Below the pieces are notes generated by a model. That model did not search any database. It had not been told where the DNA came from and saw only the letters and a program-made list of their open reading frames with translations. 64,000 bases of DNA from Octopus sinensis (taxonomy: Eukaryota): assembly GCF_006345805.1 (NCBI RefSeq), contig NC_042998.1, forward strand, positions 59,148,001 through 59,212,000, given 5' to 3'. This document shows positions 12,126 to 22,866 of this stretch, in pieces. Every line of letters begins with the position of its first letter. The stretch's first letter is position 1. Position numbers and translations under genes: made by a program.

Positions 12126-13164
12126 CTAAACAAAAGCAAAAAAAAAAAAGGAAAAAAAAACAGAACCTTAGAACTGAAATTACATATTGTATTATTTATC
12201 ACTAAGCAATCCACCCGGATCCTGAAGTGGATACTGTCGTGAACGATGTAATGAAGAGTGTCAGTTCTGTGGAAGAGTATACATTAAATATGTAGCTGTT
12301 ATGCGATTTACGTCTAGACGAGTAGGATCCAATATTCAGGTCTCTTTCTTACACGGAAGGGAAAAGGCTTTCACATGGAGATATTCTCAGCAGAATTTGG
12401 AGTCTCTATAATTACCCTAAATCTGTTCGGTGGCTCAAAATTCATCTCTTATATTCGAGCATAATAATTCTATTTGACTGGCACATTTCTAAACATGTTT
12501 ATTTTTGTGATAATGTATATGCATTAAGCAAGGCATTGTAAGAGAGCAAGTTCATTGCCATATTTCACAAAACATTTTAACATTTGTATCAAAGCTTTTC
12601 CGCTGCAAATTTAGATTTGGTTCTGAACTAGATAACTGCCTCTTCAAAGGTAACAGTATCTTTAGAAGATTGTGCCGATATCATTGTTCATGACACCAAA
12701 GATTCAATTAAGAGATATCTTATATAACTCGAACAGCGATTATTTGATTAATTTTCACAGCATATTTCATATTCCGTTAGTTGGGTAGTAAATCTTTTTA
12801 ACTGTGCAACTGCTAATGATCTTGTAAAATCTGAAGTAGTGGCAGAAACACATTAAGTATGTTGCGATTGTGAAGAATTTTCACTGAAATATCAGAAGTA
12901 ATATCTCTTTCCTTTTCGGCATGAAATGTTGCAAGCACTTCCCACATATTACATGTGATATCGACAAACGTACGGTTACCTTTCAACAACTTTCCTTTAC
13001 GAATTTCAAAACAAAGTTCAGCATATTATTGGAAACCGAATATAGTATCCAAGTTGCTCTGGCATAAAAGAGCCCAAAATCTGTATATCAACATGTTATA
13101 TCAAAAATATAACAGTATTATTTTTGCGAAACCTAAAGTTAAGCTGTTTTGAATAAAACTTTCG

Positions 13165-13290
13165 GGTATAGCTACGCGTCCCAAAAGCCAGTTTTGCAAC
13201 CACGTTGTTTCGGGTTCTGACCCAATGCCTAATAAGTGTCTTCTTCTATAACTCCGGACCAACCAATGCTTTGTTACTGAATTGGGTATT
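13165..13290 (+). mobile_element. CORE-SINE head fragment, decayed
   Basis: caaccacgttgtttcgggttctgaccc...aagtgtcttcttctataactccggaccaaccaatgc matches the family at 5621-6051. Confidence 0.6.
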
Positions 13291-13324
13291 TGGAAGCTGA
13301 GTAGAATCCTGAGCTATGTCTATA

Positions 13325-13325
<1 letters not shown>

Positions 13326-13358
<33 letters not shown>

Positions 13359-13412
13359 CCGATGTATGTATGTATGTATGTATGTATCTATCTATCTATG
13401 TATCTATCTATG

Positions 13413-13480
<68 letters not shown>

Positions 13481-13481
13481 G

Positions 13482-13527
<46 letters not shown>

Positions 13528-13610
13528 ATATATATATATATATATCCATGCATATATACATACATACATACATACATGCATACATACGTACATAATACAT
13601 ACATACATGC
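13326..13610. repeat. Compound microsatellite (ATCA)n(ATGT)n(ATCT)n(TA)n(CATA)n
   Basis: Read directly from the sequence. Confidence 0.95.
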
Positions 13611-13624
13611 ATTGTCTTGCCATA

Positions 13625-13975
13625 AGACGGAAAATCTTGTAACCAAGAATGAAACCAGCGTGTTGGTTGAAAAGTATAGGTCCATTACTTGCCTAAACAT
13701 TATATATAAACTGTATACAAGCTACTTCAAACAATTCTTCCTCTATCGTTGTGAGTCCAACAACATAGAGACTGATGATCTGACTGGTAGTGGACTGAAG
13801 GGAGAGTAGAGATGTGCTGAACAATTTTTGATAAACAAAGCTGTACTGTCTGAAGAAGAAAAACACATCGTAGGAGCCTTACAACGGAATGGCTTGATTA
13901 TAGAAATGCATTTGACTTCATTCTCCACTCAAGGCTGTTGGAAGTGTCACCATTTGGCAAAAGTACCTGATATCT
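13625..13975 (+). pseudogene. R4/Dong-clade non-LTR reverse transcriptase fragment
   Basis: KYRSITCLNIIYKLYTS...CESNNI...RCAEQFLINKAVL...RRSLTTEWLDYRNAFD, with stops and frameshifts. Confidence 0.8.
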
Positions 13976-14099
13976 AAATTGAGAAACAACCCTTACACTT
14001 AGAACTGAAAGGAGAACGATCACCTCCGATCACCTCCGATGTTACAAAGAATAATGTTACAAAGAATAATCATTTTGACATTAAGTCCAGTATCATTTC

Positions 14100-14300
14100 T
14101 GTTACAAAAACCAAATGGCTACATCGTAGGGTCTTCACTTGCTAGAGATATTAATGTAACGCATAATTTCTATGAGGGTGACCTTAAGATTTATGCCAAA
14201 AATATTAATGATGTCAAAAGCCGATGGAATTAATAATATTTTCAGCTGACACAGGAATGGAAGTTAGCTAAAAGAAATGTTCATTCTTGATTGTTGAACG
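14100..14300 (+). pseudogene. Short LINE RT remnant, CR1/L2-like
   Basis: FYEGDLKIYAKNINDV resembles the (Y/F)ADDLKIY catalytic motif; heavily decayed. Confidence 0.4.
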
Positions 14301-14416
14301 GGGAAAATCAGTCTCCCAGACCCAATGGTCCCACACTCTCTCTCCTGTCTCACTGTCTCTCTCTGGTCCCGCTGTCTCTCCTGTCTCACTGTCTCTGCTG
14401 TCCCACTGTCTCTTCT

Positions 14417-15517
14417 GTTAAGAAAAATGAGCCTTTTCCACACTTCCTTCTTTTTGCTTTAATCAAGGTTCTAAGGCCGCAAAAGCTGCTCGCGACATTT
14501 CTGCTGTGTATGGAGAGGGTGCTATAGCTGAAAGAACCGCTCGTGATTGGTATGCCAAGTTAAAAAATGGAAATTTTGACCTCAAAGACGCACCCCGTTC
14601 TGGCCGTCCAGTTGAGTTCAATGAAGAGCGATTAAACCAACATTTGCATGAAAATTCTCGTTAAACGACAAGGAAACTGGCAGAGATAATGGAATACTCC
14701 CACACTACTATAGAGAAGCATCTTCACTCGATGGGAAAGGTTCAGAAGTATGGAACATGGGTTCCACATGCTTTAAGTGACAACAACAAAAATCAATGAA
14801 CCACAATCTCCCCTGGTTTTGCTCAACACATGGGCACAAGCAACGATTTCTTTACCGAATCGTTACTGGCGACGACAAATGGTGCCTGTACATCAATATG
14901 AAGCAGTGTAACGAATGGCTTAGCCCCGGTAAACGAGCAACACTGCGCGTGAAACAAGTTATTCATCCGCGTAAAACGATGTTGTGCGTATGGTGGGACT
15001 GGAAAGGAATTATCCATTACGAATTGCTTGAACGGAACTAAACGGTCAACGCGGAACTCTGTTCAACAGATGGAACGACTCAACACGGCTTTTCAAGAGA
15101 AAAGACCTAATCGGCAGCATGGAGTTCTTATGCTACACGACTACGCCCGCCCTCATATCGCCAATATGACCAAGGAAGCCATTCAAACGCATGACTGGGA
15201 CGTGCTGCCACACCCGCCGTACTCTCCTGATTTGATACAAACGGATTTCCACCTCTTTCGATCTCTTTCAAATGTTCTACGAGGAGTTTCGTTCAATAGA
15301 GGTGCAGGTACCGAGAGCTTGGTTGGATCAATTTTTCGAGTCGGAATCGCGTGATTTCGACCAAAGAGGTATTGAAAATCTTGTTGAACGTTGGGAAGAA
15401 GTTGTAAACAACAAAGGTGAATACATTATCGATTAATTAGTTATTATTTTTTTTTTATTAAACCTTTAAAAAATTTAAATTTAAAATAACGGCGAGAACT
15501 TAGTTGCCAACCCAATA
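14417..15517 (+). mobile_element. mariner transposon, inactive, lacking 5' TIR
   Basis: VKKNE..HFLLFAFNQGSKAAKAARD...RSGRP...WVPHAL...IVTGDDKW...HDYARPH...HPPYSPDL...GEYIID* (stop ends 15436), with stops and frameshifts. 3' TIR ...agaacttagttgccaacccaa followed by TA. Confidence 0.92.
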
Positions 15518-15604
15518 TATAGTATATATTCGATATCTGTCTGTAGATGTGTGGGTGTATGTATGTGTGCGTATTTATGCATGCGTGAGTCTCTGTGTGT
15601 GTGT

Positions 15605-15659
<55 letters not shown>

Positions 15660-16638
15660 TGTGTGTGTGAGTGTGTGTTTAGAAATCTTCAAACAAGGGT
15701 TATAGGAGATGTAAAGGCCAGCTCGGTGGAAGAGATGAGAAATAGTAAAATTGAAAGAGGTTGACAACAAAATATACACCGCCTCGATGATAAGAGAAAG
15801 AGAGATAGAGATAGATAGAGAGAGCGAGCGATTGAGAGAGCTAAAGAGAGAGAGACAGACAGAGAAAGAGAGAGTTAAAGGGGGAAGATAGAGACAGTCA
15901 GATAGAAAGATGGGGAGACAGATGTGTAAAGAGAAAAATAGCTACTCTACCATGTGACGAAATCTGCAGAGGACACAACACACTATGTGACCGACAAACA
16001 AATACAGGAAACATTATTTTTTGTCTGGCTCACACGCATGCTTCTAGAATAGAATTATAATTTCATTTTGTTTCCATAGATGTATGAAAATAAATTTAAG
16101 AAAAGTATTGAGTGAGGAAAAACATATATTGTCGCTCTATTGTTGACATGGACGCGTGCTGACTCCATAAATCTAGTCGCATAGAAGTAAGAAGAAGAAT
16201 TCAAAAGAATAATAACGTAAAATAAATGTTAACAATCAGCTATTGAAAATCGTTCAATCCTCCTCATTATGTCTTGCATTTTTGAAAACAATTTTCATAA
16301 TAATGGTAAATATGAAATTTATATTTTGATCAAAATATATTTTTCTTTTATGTCACAATATTTTCCGAGGTAATTTTGTAGAACGAAATAATTTAATTGG
16401 TAATGACAGGCGGAAAAGAAAGAAACGAAAGAAGTATTCAGAAATTTTGAACAAAGTAGTTTTCACTTTCATAAATTCTCCCCTCCAGAAACGTAAAGTT
16501 CTTAACAAAGAAATACAACCTCATAAACGTATATCTCCAAAATTCTAAAAGAAGTACTCTCTTTAAATTTTTCGATTCCAAAAGGCCATATATGGATATA
16601 AAATAATTTATTGGAATGAATTGGAATATGTATATATA

Positions 16639-17453
16639 CAGGGTGCGGTGAATAAACTGTCGTCTAAATTACGCAAAAATGAAAATGACACTGAGATCTC
16701 ATCTTAACTGATATATTTACCAAAATTACATAAAAGTATCCTGAAATACTAAAGAGTAAATCTATTCACTTAAATCGACATTGGCTTCATCCACGGCCGC
16801 CAGACAACTTCGGAATCTCCTGCAACTCTTCTGGACGGTCTCCTTGTTTAAGTTGGTGAATGCTGCCATAATCCTTGCCTTCAGTTCATCTTTGGTGTTA
16901 CTAATAATAATCAAGGTGGCCAGATTTTAGGGGTGATGAGGTTGCAGAAATTATCTGAGAGCCACGACTGGGTTCTCCTGCTTGTGTGACACGGTGCAGC
17001 GTCTTGTTGCCAGACATAGGGTTTTCCAGCGGCCACCCTCTTGACCCAGGGCACCACTACCTACTCCAGGCACTTGATGTAGGCCTCCGTGTTGAGTCTG
17101 AGGATGTGTGGGAAGATGAATGGAGGTATAAACGTCGCCATCACTAGTGATCGCTCTAAACACCATGGGGTTGACTGGATGCTTGATATTTATCACTCTC
17201 GGTATATGTACTCAAATTGCACAGTCCTCAGATTGATACCCAAACACTTTGAAATGTCGTATTGGTGCTTCCGGCGCGAAAGCCAAGCTGCATAGCATGT
17301 CGTTTCCAAATTTCTGGCTGAGTGAATTGCATCATGATAGTATGTTTCTCACTCGGTGCCCAACTGACCTTACTATACTGTGTAGTTGACCAAATAAAAA
17401 AAATAATACGCATGCACGAAATTAAAAGGTGACAATTTACCCATCGCACCATG
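16639..17453 (-). mobile_element. Internally deleted Tc1/mariner-superfamily element, maT/DD37D-like
   Basis: TIRs cagggtgcggtgaataaactgtc (16639) and gacaatttacccatcgcaccatg (17431-17453) match 20/25 including the flanking TA. N-terminus MMQFTQPEIWKRHA... and catalytic part KHPVNPMVF...WQQDAAPCHTSRRTQSWL...IWPP. Confidence 0.85.
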
Positions 17454-17478
17454 TACATTTATATATATATATATATAT

Positions 17479-17608
17479 AATACAAATGAAGAAAAAACAG
17501 TAGAAAAAACAGTACAAATAAGGAATGCAGACAGGCATCCTCCCTGTCTGTCTTCCTCTTTACTTGTCTCTCTCCTTCTTATTTTTCACCCTTTTTGGTT
17601 TCTTCCCC

Positions 17609-17641
<33 letters not shown>

Positions 17642-18144
17642 CCTTTCTCTGGTTCGTTGACCAGAGCGCTACTAAAAACTTTCTTTCAGCTCCGTGCCTT
17701 CAACAAGCATAGATCGACTTCCCTGTCTTTCGCAAGCCGATTTTTCACATGCGTTCTAACTAATTTTTCCACCGTCTAGGCCTAAAAAAGCCCTTTTTGT
17801 TGGTTCCCTGTCCTGTTATTCCTTTTTGTACTGTTTTTTGTACTGTTTTTTCTTCATTTGTATTGCTTTTACGTCCTGTTCTTGCCACTTGTTTTACTCC
17901 TCTGCAAAAGAATTTTATTTAATTCCTTTTGCAGGAAGGATTGTTTCGGGCTAGCCGTGTTCTGCCCTTACCTTCGAAACACGCATTGAGTCGAACCAGG
18001 GGCAGCTGATGAAGGGGAGTTTTCCTTGTATTGTTTGTCCTGTACTCTGTTTTTTTTTTCGTTGTTAAAAAAAAGTCCGTTTCCTTGTTTGATTTTATGT
18101 TCTCGTTTCTCGTTGTGTTCTACGTTTATTTGTGGTGTCCTGTA

Positions 18145-18147
<3 letters not shown>
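17479..18147 (+). repeat. (TA)n-bounded fold-back insert: ~50 bp inverted arm (17479-17535) matching 17805-17864
   Basis: aatacaaatgaagaaaaaacagtagaaaaaacagtacaaataaggaat versus the reverse complement of attcctttttgtactgttttttgtactgttttttcttcatttgtatt. Both ends of the insert abut (TA)n. Confidence 0.75.
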
Positions 18148-18207
<60 letters not shown>

Positions 18208-18344
18208 TTGTATATATACATGTAGATGTAAGTATGTACATATATGTATGTATATATGCATATATTTTATTTATTTATTATATTGTTATATATTGGCCAT
18301 TTTTTTCCTCTGTCTTCCCTTCTCTGGATCTTTCCTTCTCCTAT

Positions 18345-18379
18345 GTTTCCGACGAAGAGCTCCACTCAAAACGTTAAAC
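18345..18379 (+). ncRNA. Degenerate minimal hammerhead motif in PLE-like terminal fragment (about 18260-18480)
   Basis: gttt CCGACGA a gag ctcca ctc AAAA cgt t aaac. Stem I gttt/aaac and palindromic ACGT are intact, with two core mismatches. Confidence 0.45.
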
Positions 18380-18483
18380 CCTCCTTCCTTCCTTCTTTCC
18401 TGAGCGTCCAATTATACTATATTTGTTCCATGTCCTCGAGTTGTTGTGTTTTTTTTGTGTTTCCTTGTTTGGATTAACTATAT

Positions 18484-18525
<42 letters not shown>

Positions 18526-19439
18526 ATTTAGATCTATACTATACTAGTCAACAATAATATTATCTGCATGTTATATAGTTCTACAGAAATTTATAAATAT
18601 TACGCTTGTGAATTTGTTTTGCAAATCATCTAAACGTAATAACGTTGGCCTTTGCCAGGCGAGCAAGATGTTGAAAAAGACTCCATTGTAATGTGTATGA
18701 AAGAAGTTGAAGGGGAAAAGACAAAGTGTATTGCGCGTGTGATTTATTGGCAAAAATATGACAATCACCAAACACAACAAGATTTATAAATAGTTTTGTA
18801 ACAAAAACTCTTTCGTGCTGGTTGGCACATATGTAGTTATGGATGTATTACAACGTAGAAAAATACCCGTGATATTAAAATGGGTACAAACATACTTAAA
18901 ATTTATGTTAATAAAAACTATATCCTTAGCGATGAAGGCACTCATATCTATCTGATAAATTCCGGAAAGTAAGAAAAAGGGGTGGGGCAGAGGCTATCTA
19001 TAAGCCAACCTCATTGCATTTGCAGGAGTATAAGGCATAGATCTGTATACATGTACATCTCATTTACAAAGGCATTTTGTAGAAAACAAAGACAAAACAA
19101 TTTTAGTACGTTTCATTACACATTTAGTGAAAATAATTAGAAACCGTTTTTAGAGGCAAGCATAGCTTTTACACGTAAAACGATGTATAGTAACATAATA
19201 CGACCTAATGCTGTTCATGATAGAAAACTAAATTTGCTGATAGATGAAAAGCAAACCTACATTGGTATCAGTGAAAAAGAAAGTCAGGGTAAAAATATTA
19301 GTAAAAAATTGGTACACTGCAACAAGTAGAATAAATGTTAAGAAAATCTTGTATATACTTAGAACAACAGACTGAACAAATATTGCATTAATAACGATTT
19401 TCAAATTTTTGTCATAAAGCCAGGAATGTTGGCGTAGTG

Positions 19440-19770
19440 GTAAGTCGATTACAATGTCCTGAGTGCTCAACTGGTACTGATTTTATGAACCCAATAAGGA
19501 TGAAAGGCGGAATTTGAACGTACCAACGTACGGGAAGACTCTGAGTCTGTTGTCTAGCGTGCTAACGATTCTGCCAGCTTACTGCCTTAAATATTCTTTT
19601 CTACTCTAGGCCCAAAGCCCGAAATTTTTGGGGAGCGGGCCAGTCGATTAGGTCGACCCCATTACGCAACTATTACTTAATTTATCGAACACGAAAGGAT
19701 GAAAGGCAATGTCGACCTCGGCAGAATTTGAACTCAGAACGTAAAGACAGACGAAATACAGCTAAGCAAT
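19440..19770 (-). mobile_element. Two adjacent decayed tRNA-SINEs of the aaggcggcgagctggcagaa family; right copy has tail A
   Basis: gctaacgattctgccagc head and aggatgaaaggcaatgtcgacctcggcagaatttgaactcagaac central block. Confidence 0.75.
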
Positions 19771-19789
19771 AAGTATTGTGGTATTCTTT

Positions 19790-19920
19790 TTTCTTTTATT
19801 CTTTTATTTGATTGCGGCCAAGCTGGAGCACCACCTTTAGTCGAGCAAATCGATCCCAGGACTTATTCTTTGTAAGCCTAGTACTTATTCTATCGGTCTC
19901 TCTTGCCGAACCGCAAATTT
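19790..19920 (-). mobile_element. CORE-SINE tail fragment
   Basis: gctggagcaccacctttagtcgagcaaatcgatcccaggacttattctttgtaagcctagtacttattctatcggtctc matches 5660-5760. Confidence 0.8.
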
Positions 19921-20211
19921 AACCGGTATATTTAATCAACACTCACAATCGGTATATCTAATCAACACTCACAATCCTAGAAAAACCTTTGTATTCAAAA
20001 CTAGGGCGAAAGAATATCATCAAAGCTTGACTCCTATTTTTCTTGGGTCATCCTCATTACTCTCACTTTGTCACTGAGGTCTATGCAGGAGGAACTAAAA
20101 AATATTTTCAACATACAATAAATCGTACTCAACAACATCGAGGACATTTCGAAGATCATATTTTAAAAATGGTGTTAACACAGTCTGTTCATTTATTGTA
20201 TCTTGTAACTT

Positions 20212-20247
<36 letters not shown>

Positions 20248-20639
20248 CTCTTTCTTCTGCACATATATACATGTACACACACATACACACCATGTTGCTT
20301 CCTCCCCTTTCTTTTGGCTACTTCTGAATCAGAAAATTACCTTCAGTTGTTCCATTCTTCCCTCATAAATATTCAAAATCCTCTTCTTGACCGATGCATT
20401 TAAAAGTTTTATGCAACTTATTAGATTTGCTATGAACACTTATCCAGACCAAACTCGATTCCTATGTCCTTCAAGAATGTTGTGATCTGTTCTAATTGTC
20501 ACTTGTTGTCGTACTCGAGCAGATCAAGTCATCAATTTAATTAAAATAAAAACATTACAACCTTTATTTCAGTAACTGCTTCGACACCACGTTTCTAGCG
20601 AAAACCCTACCAGCAATGAGTTCCCCTTGTTTTGAATGG

Positions 20640-21000
20640 TCCGTTTCAGTATTAACCGTTATTCTTCCATTCTCCTCCTCGATGTTCTCTCTCTTTCGCT
20701 TTCTTTCCTTTGTGCTGCTTCCTCTTCCGTTTCATCTTGTCGCCTTTGCAGTGCTCTCTTTCTTAGATAATTCTCTCCTCACTGTTGCTTGCTCTCTTGA
20801 TTCATCTTGGCGCTTTTGTGCTGCTCTTTGGATATATTTCCTTTGTGCAGTTAGGTGCTACTTTTCCTTTTGACGTATTCGAGTCTGTCTTCTTGCACTC
20901 GTCTCCCTTGTCTCACTTCTTATGATTGATTTAATAACCTTAATGCATTGTTTCGTTTTGGGATTTGGTTTGCAAGATTCTTTATATGAGTTCGTGTGTT
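20640..21000 (-). pseudogene. Possible Helitron N-terminal charged-repeat remnant
   Basis: RSETRETSARRQTRIRQ...KRQDESREQATVRRE...RQDETEEEAAQRKESERERTSRRR resembles R..ET.EE...R repeats of invertebrate Helitron proteins. No Rep or helicase motif seen. Confidence 0.35.
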
Positions 21001-21012
21001 GAAGCATATTCT

Positions 21013-21302
21013 GTTGTGTCTGGGGAGAGTCATTTTCTTTTTGTGCTTTATAATTTAACACACTCACCGGTAAAATTACCACGTTTTTCTTATTTTTATT
21101 TTCCTAAAATTTTCGTTGCGTCCTGCAACCTTTTCAATAGTTTTGACAACCTTTTCAATAGTTTTGAGTCAAAACTATTGAAAAGGTTGCAACACGCAAC
21201 GAAAATTTTAGGAAAATAAAAATAAGAAAAAAGTGGAAATTTTACTGGTGAGTGTCTTCTATTATAAGGCCCAAAAAGAAAATGACTCTCCCCAGACACA
21301 AC
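21013..21302. repeat. ~135 bp-arm palindrome with hammerhead-like motifs near the centre
   Basis: Left arm 21013-21147 and right arm 21168-21302 are near-complementary. The 20 bp centre is a tandem copy of the left-arm end (aaccttttcaatagttttga). Confidence 0.9.
21175..21211 (+). ncRNA. Minimal hammerhead-like motif with U3-A8 core; mirror copy at 21104-21140 on -
   Basis: cta TTGAAAA g gttgc aacac gcaac GAAA att t tag. Stem I cta/tag, stem II gttgc/gcaac, palindromic AATT stem III. Confidence 0.5.
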
Positions 21303-21638
21303 TTAATGCTTTGTTTAATCTTCTTGCGCCCAGTTCTTTCAGAGTGAGACTGGCTGTTCTTCGCCTTTGTCTCTCACTGGCTAACCGTCGTCTTCTGTCT
21401 CATTCATTCTCCATAGCAGGTGGATGAGTATATTTAATATAAGGAACACAAACTTCAAGACGAATGAGTGTGTGTGCGCGCGTGCCTTTGTTTATATTTC
21501 TATAAGTAATTATACAAAGTCTAAAATTACACAGGATTATATTAACGGCATATACACAGAGACTTAGTCTTCCAGCAGCGTCTACACTTACACCATTTCT
21601 GTCTATTTCTGTTTCTATCTGTCTTATGTATGTCTGTC

Positions 21639-21739
<101 letters not shown>

Positions 21740-22484
21740 CCTTCTGTCTCTTTACCGCCTGAAACAGAAAAAGATCTTGAAGGTAAACTTTACCGCGTTA
21801 GCAAAATTCTTCATTCATGAATATTTACAAACATCACGGTATCAGCAAGTATTTGCAAATATTAATAATCACCTTCCTTTCATATTTAGCTTTCTTTAAA
21901 CAGACAACATTCTCAAGTTTTCTTTCAATAGACACTATCTTATTTATATGACCTAAAAGTTACTACTTATTTACTTTTCTTATATTCCAAAGAAAATGTT
22001 GAGAAAGAGAGAGAGAGAGTAAGTGTAAAAGAAAGAGAGTGAGGGTGTATTTGTGCGTCTGTAGAGAAAGAGAGAGAAAGAGAGGGAAAGAGAGAGAGAG
22101 AGAGTGAGAGAGAGGCGCTGTTTGATACCAATCTCTCTCTCATTGTTATTACTATTTTGTCTTCTCTTTTTTTACTCTTTCTTACACTGTTACTTCCTCA
22201 TTGCGTGATTTTGGACAACCTCACAAACAAGCTCATTATTATAATAGATGTATGCAAACATATATGTATGTTTATGTACGTATGTATGTATATATGTATG
22301 TATGTATGCATGCATGTATGTATGTTTGTGTGTGAGTATGTTTATATGTGTGTGTATATTATTCTTTTATTCTGTTACTTATTTCATTCATGTAACTGCG
22401 ACCATGCTGGAGCATCGCCTTAATATATGTATGTATATGTTTGTATGTGTATGTATGTATACGTATGTATGTGTGTGTATTCCT

Positions 22485-22866
22485 TTATTCTTTTATTTGT
22501 TTTCGTCATTTGATTGCAGCTATGCTGGAGCACCACCTTCAGGGATTCTAGTCGAGCAAATCGAGCCTAGGACTTGTTCTCTGTAAACCTGGAACTTATT
22601 CTATCGGTCTCTTTTGCCGAACCGCTAACTTACGAGGATATAAGCACACCAGCATCGGTTGTCAAGCGATGGCGTGGGGGGGAAAACACAGACACGAGCG
22701 CACAAATATATATATATATATATATACACGACAATCTTCTCCCCGTTTCCGTCTATAAATTCCACTCACGAGCCTTTGGTCGATCCCAGGCTACCGTAAG
22801 AGACACTTGCCCAAGATACCACACAGTGGGACTGAAGCCGAAACCATGTAGTTAGAAAGCAAGCTT
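22485..22866 (-). mobile_element. CORE-SINE, near full length with 5' tip missing
   Basis: Tail gctggagcacc...tctatcggtctcttttgccgaaccgctaa, internal (TA)n, and head agacacttgcccaagataccacacagtgggactgaa. Confidence 0.85.

Noticed and set aside
18000-18035. CTGATGA followed by a weak stem
   Set aside because: No GAAA at the expected position.
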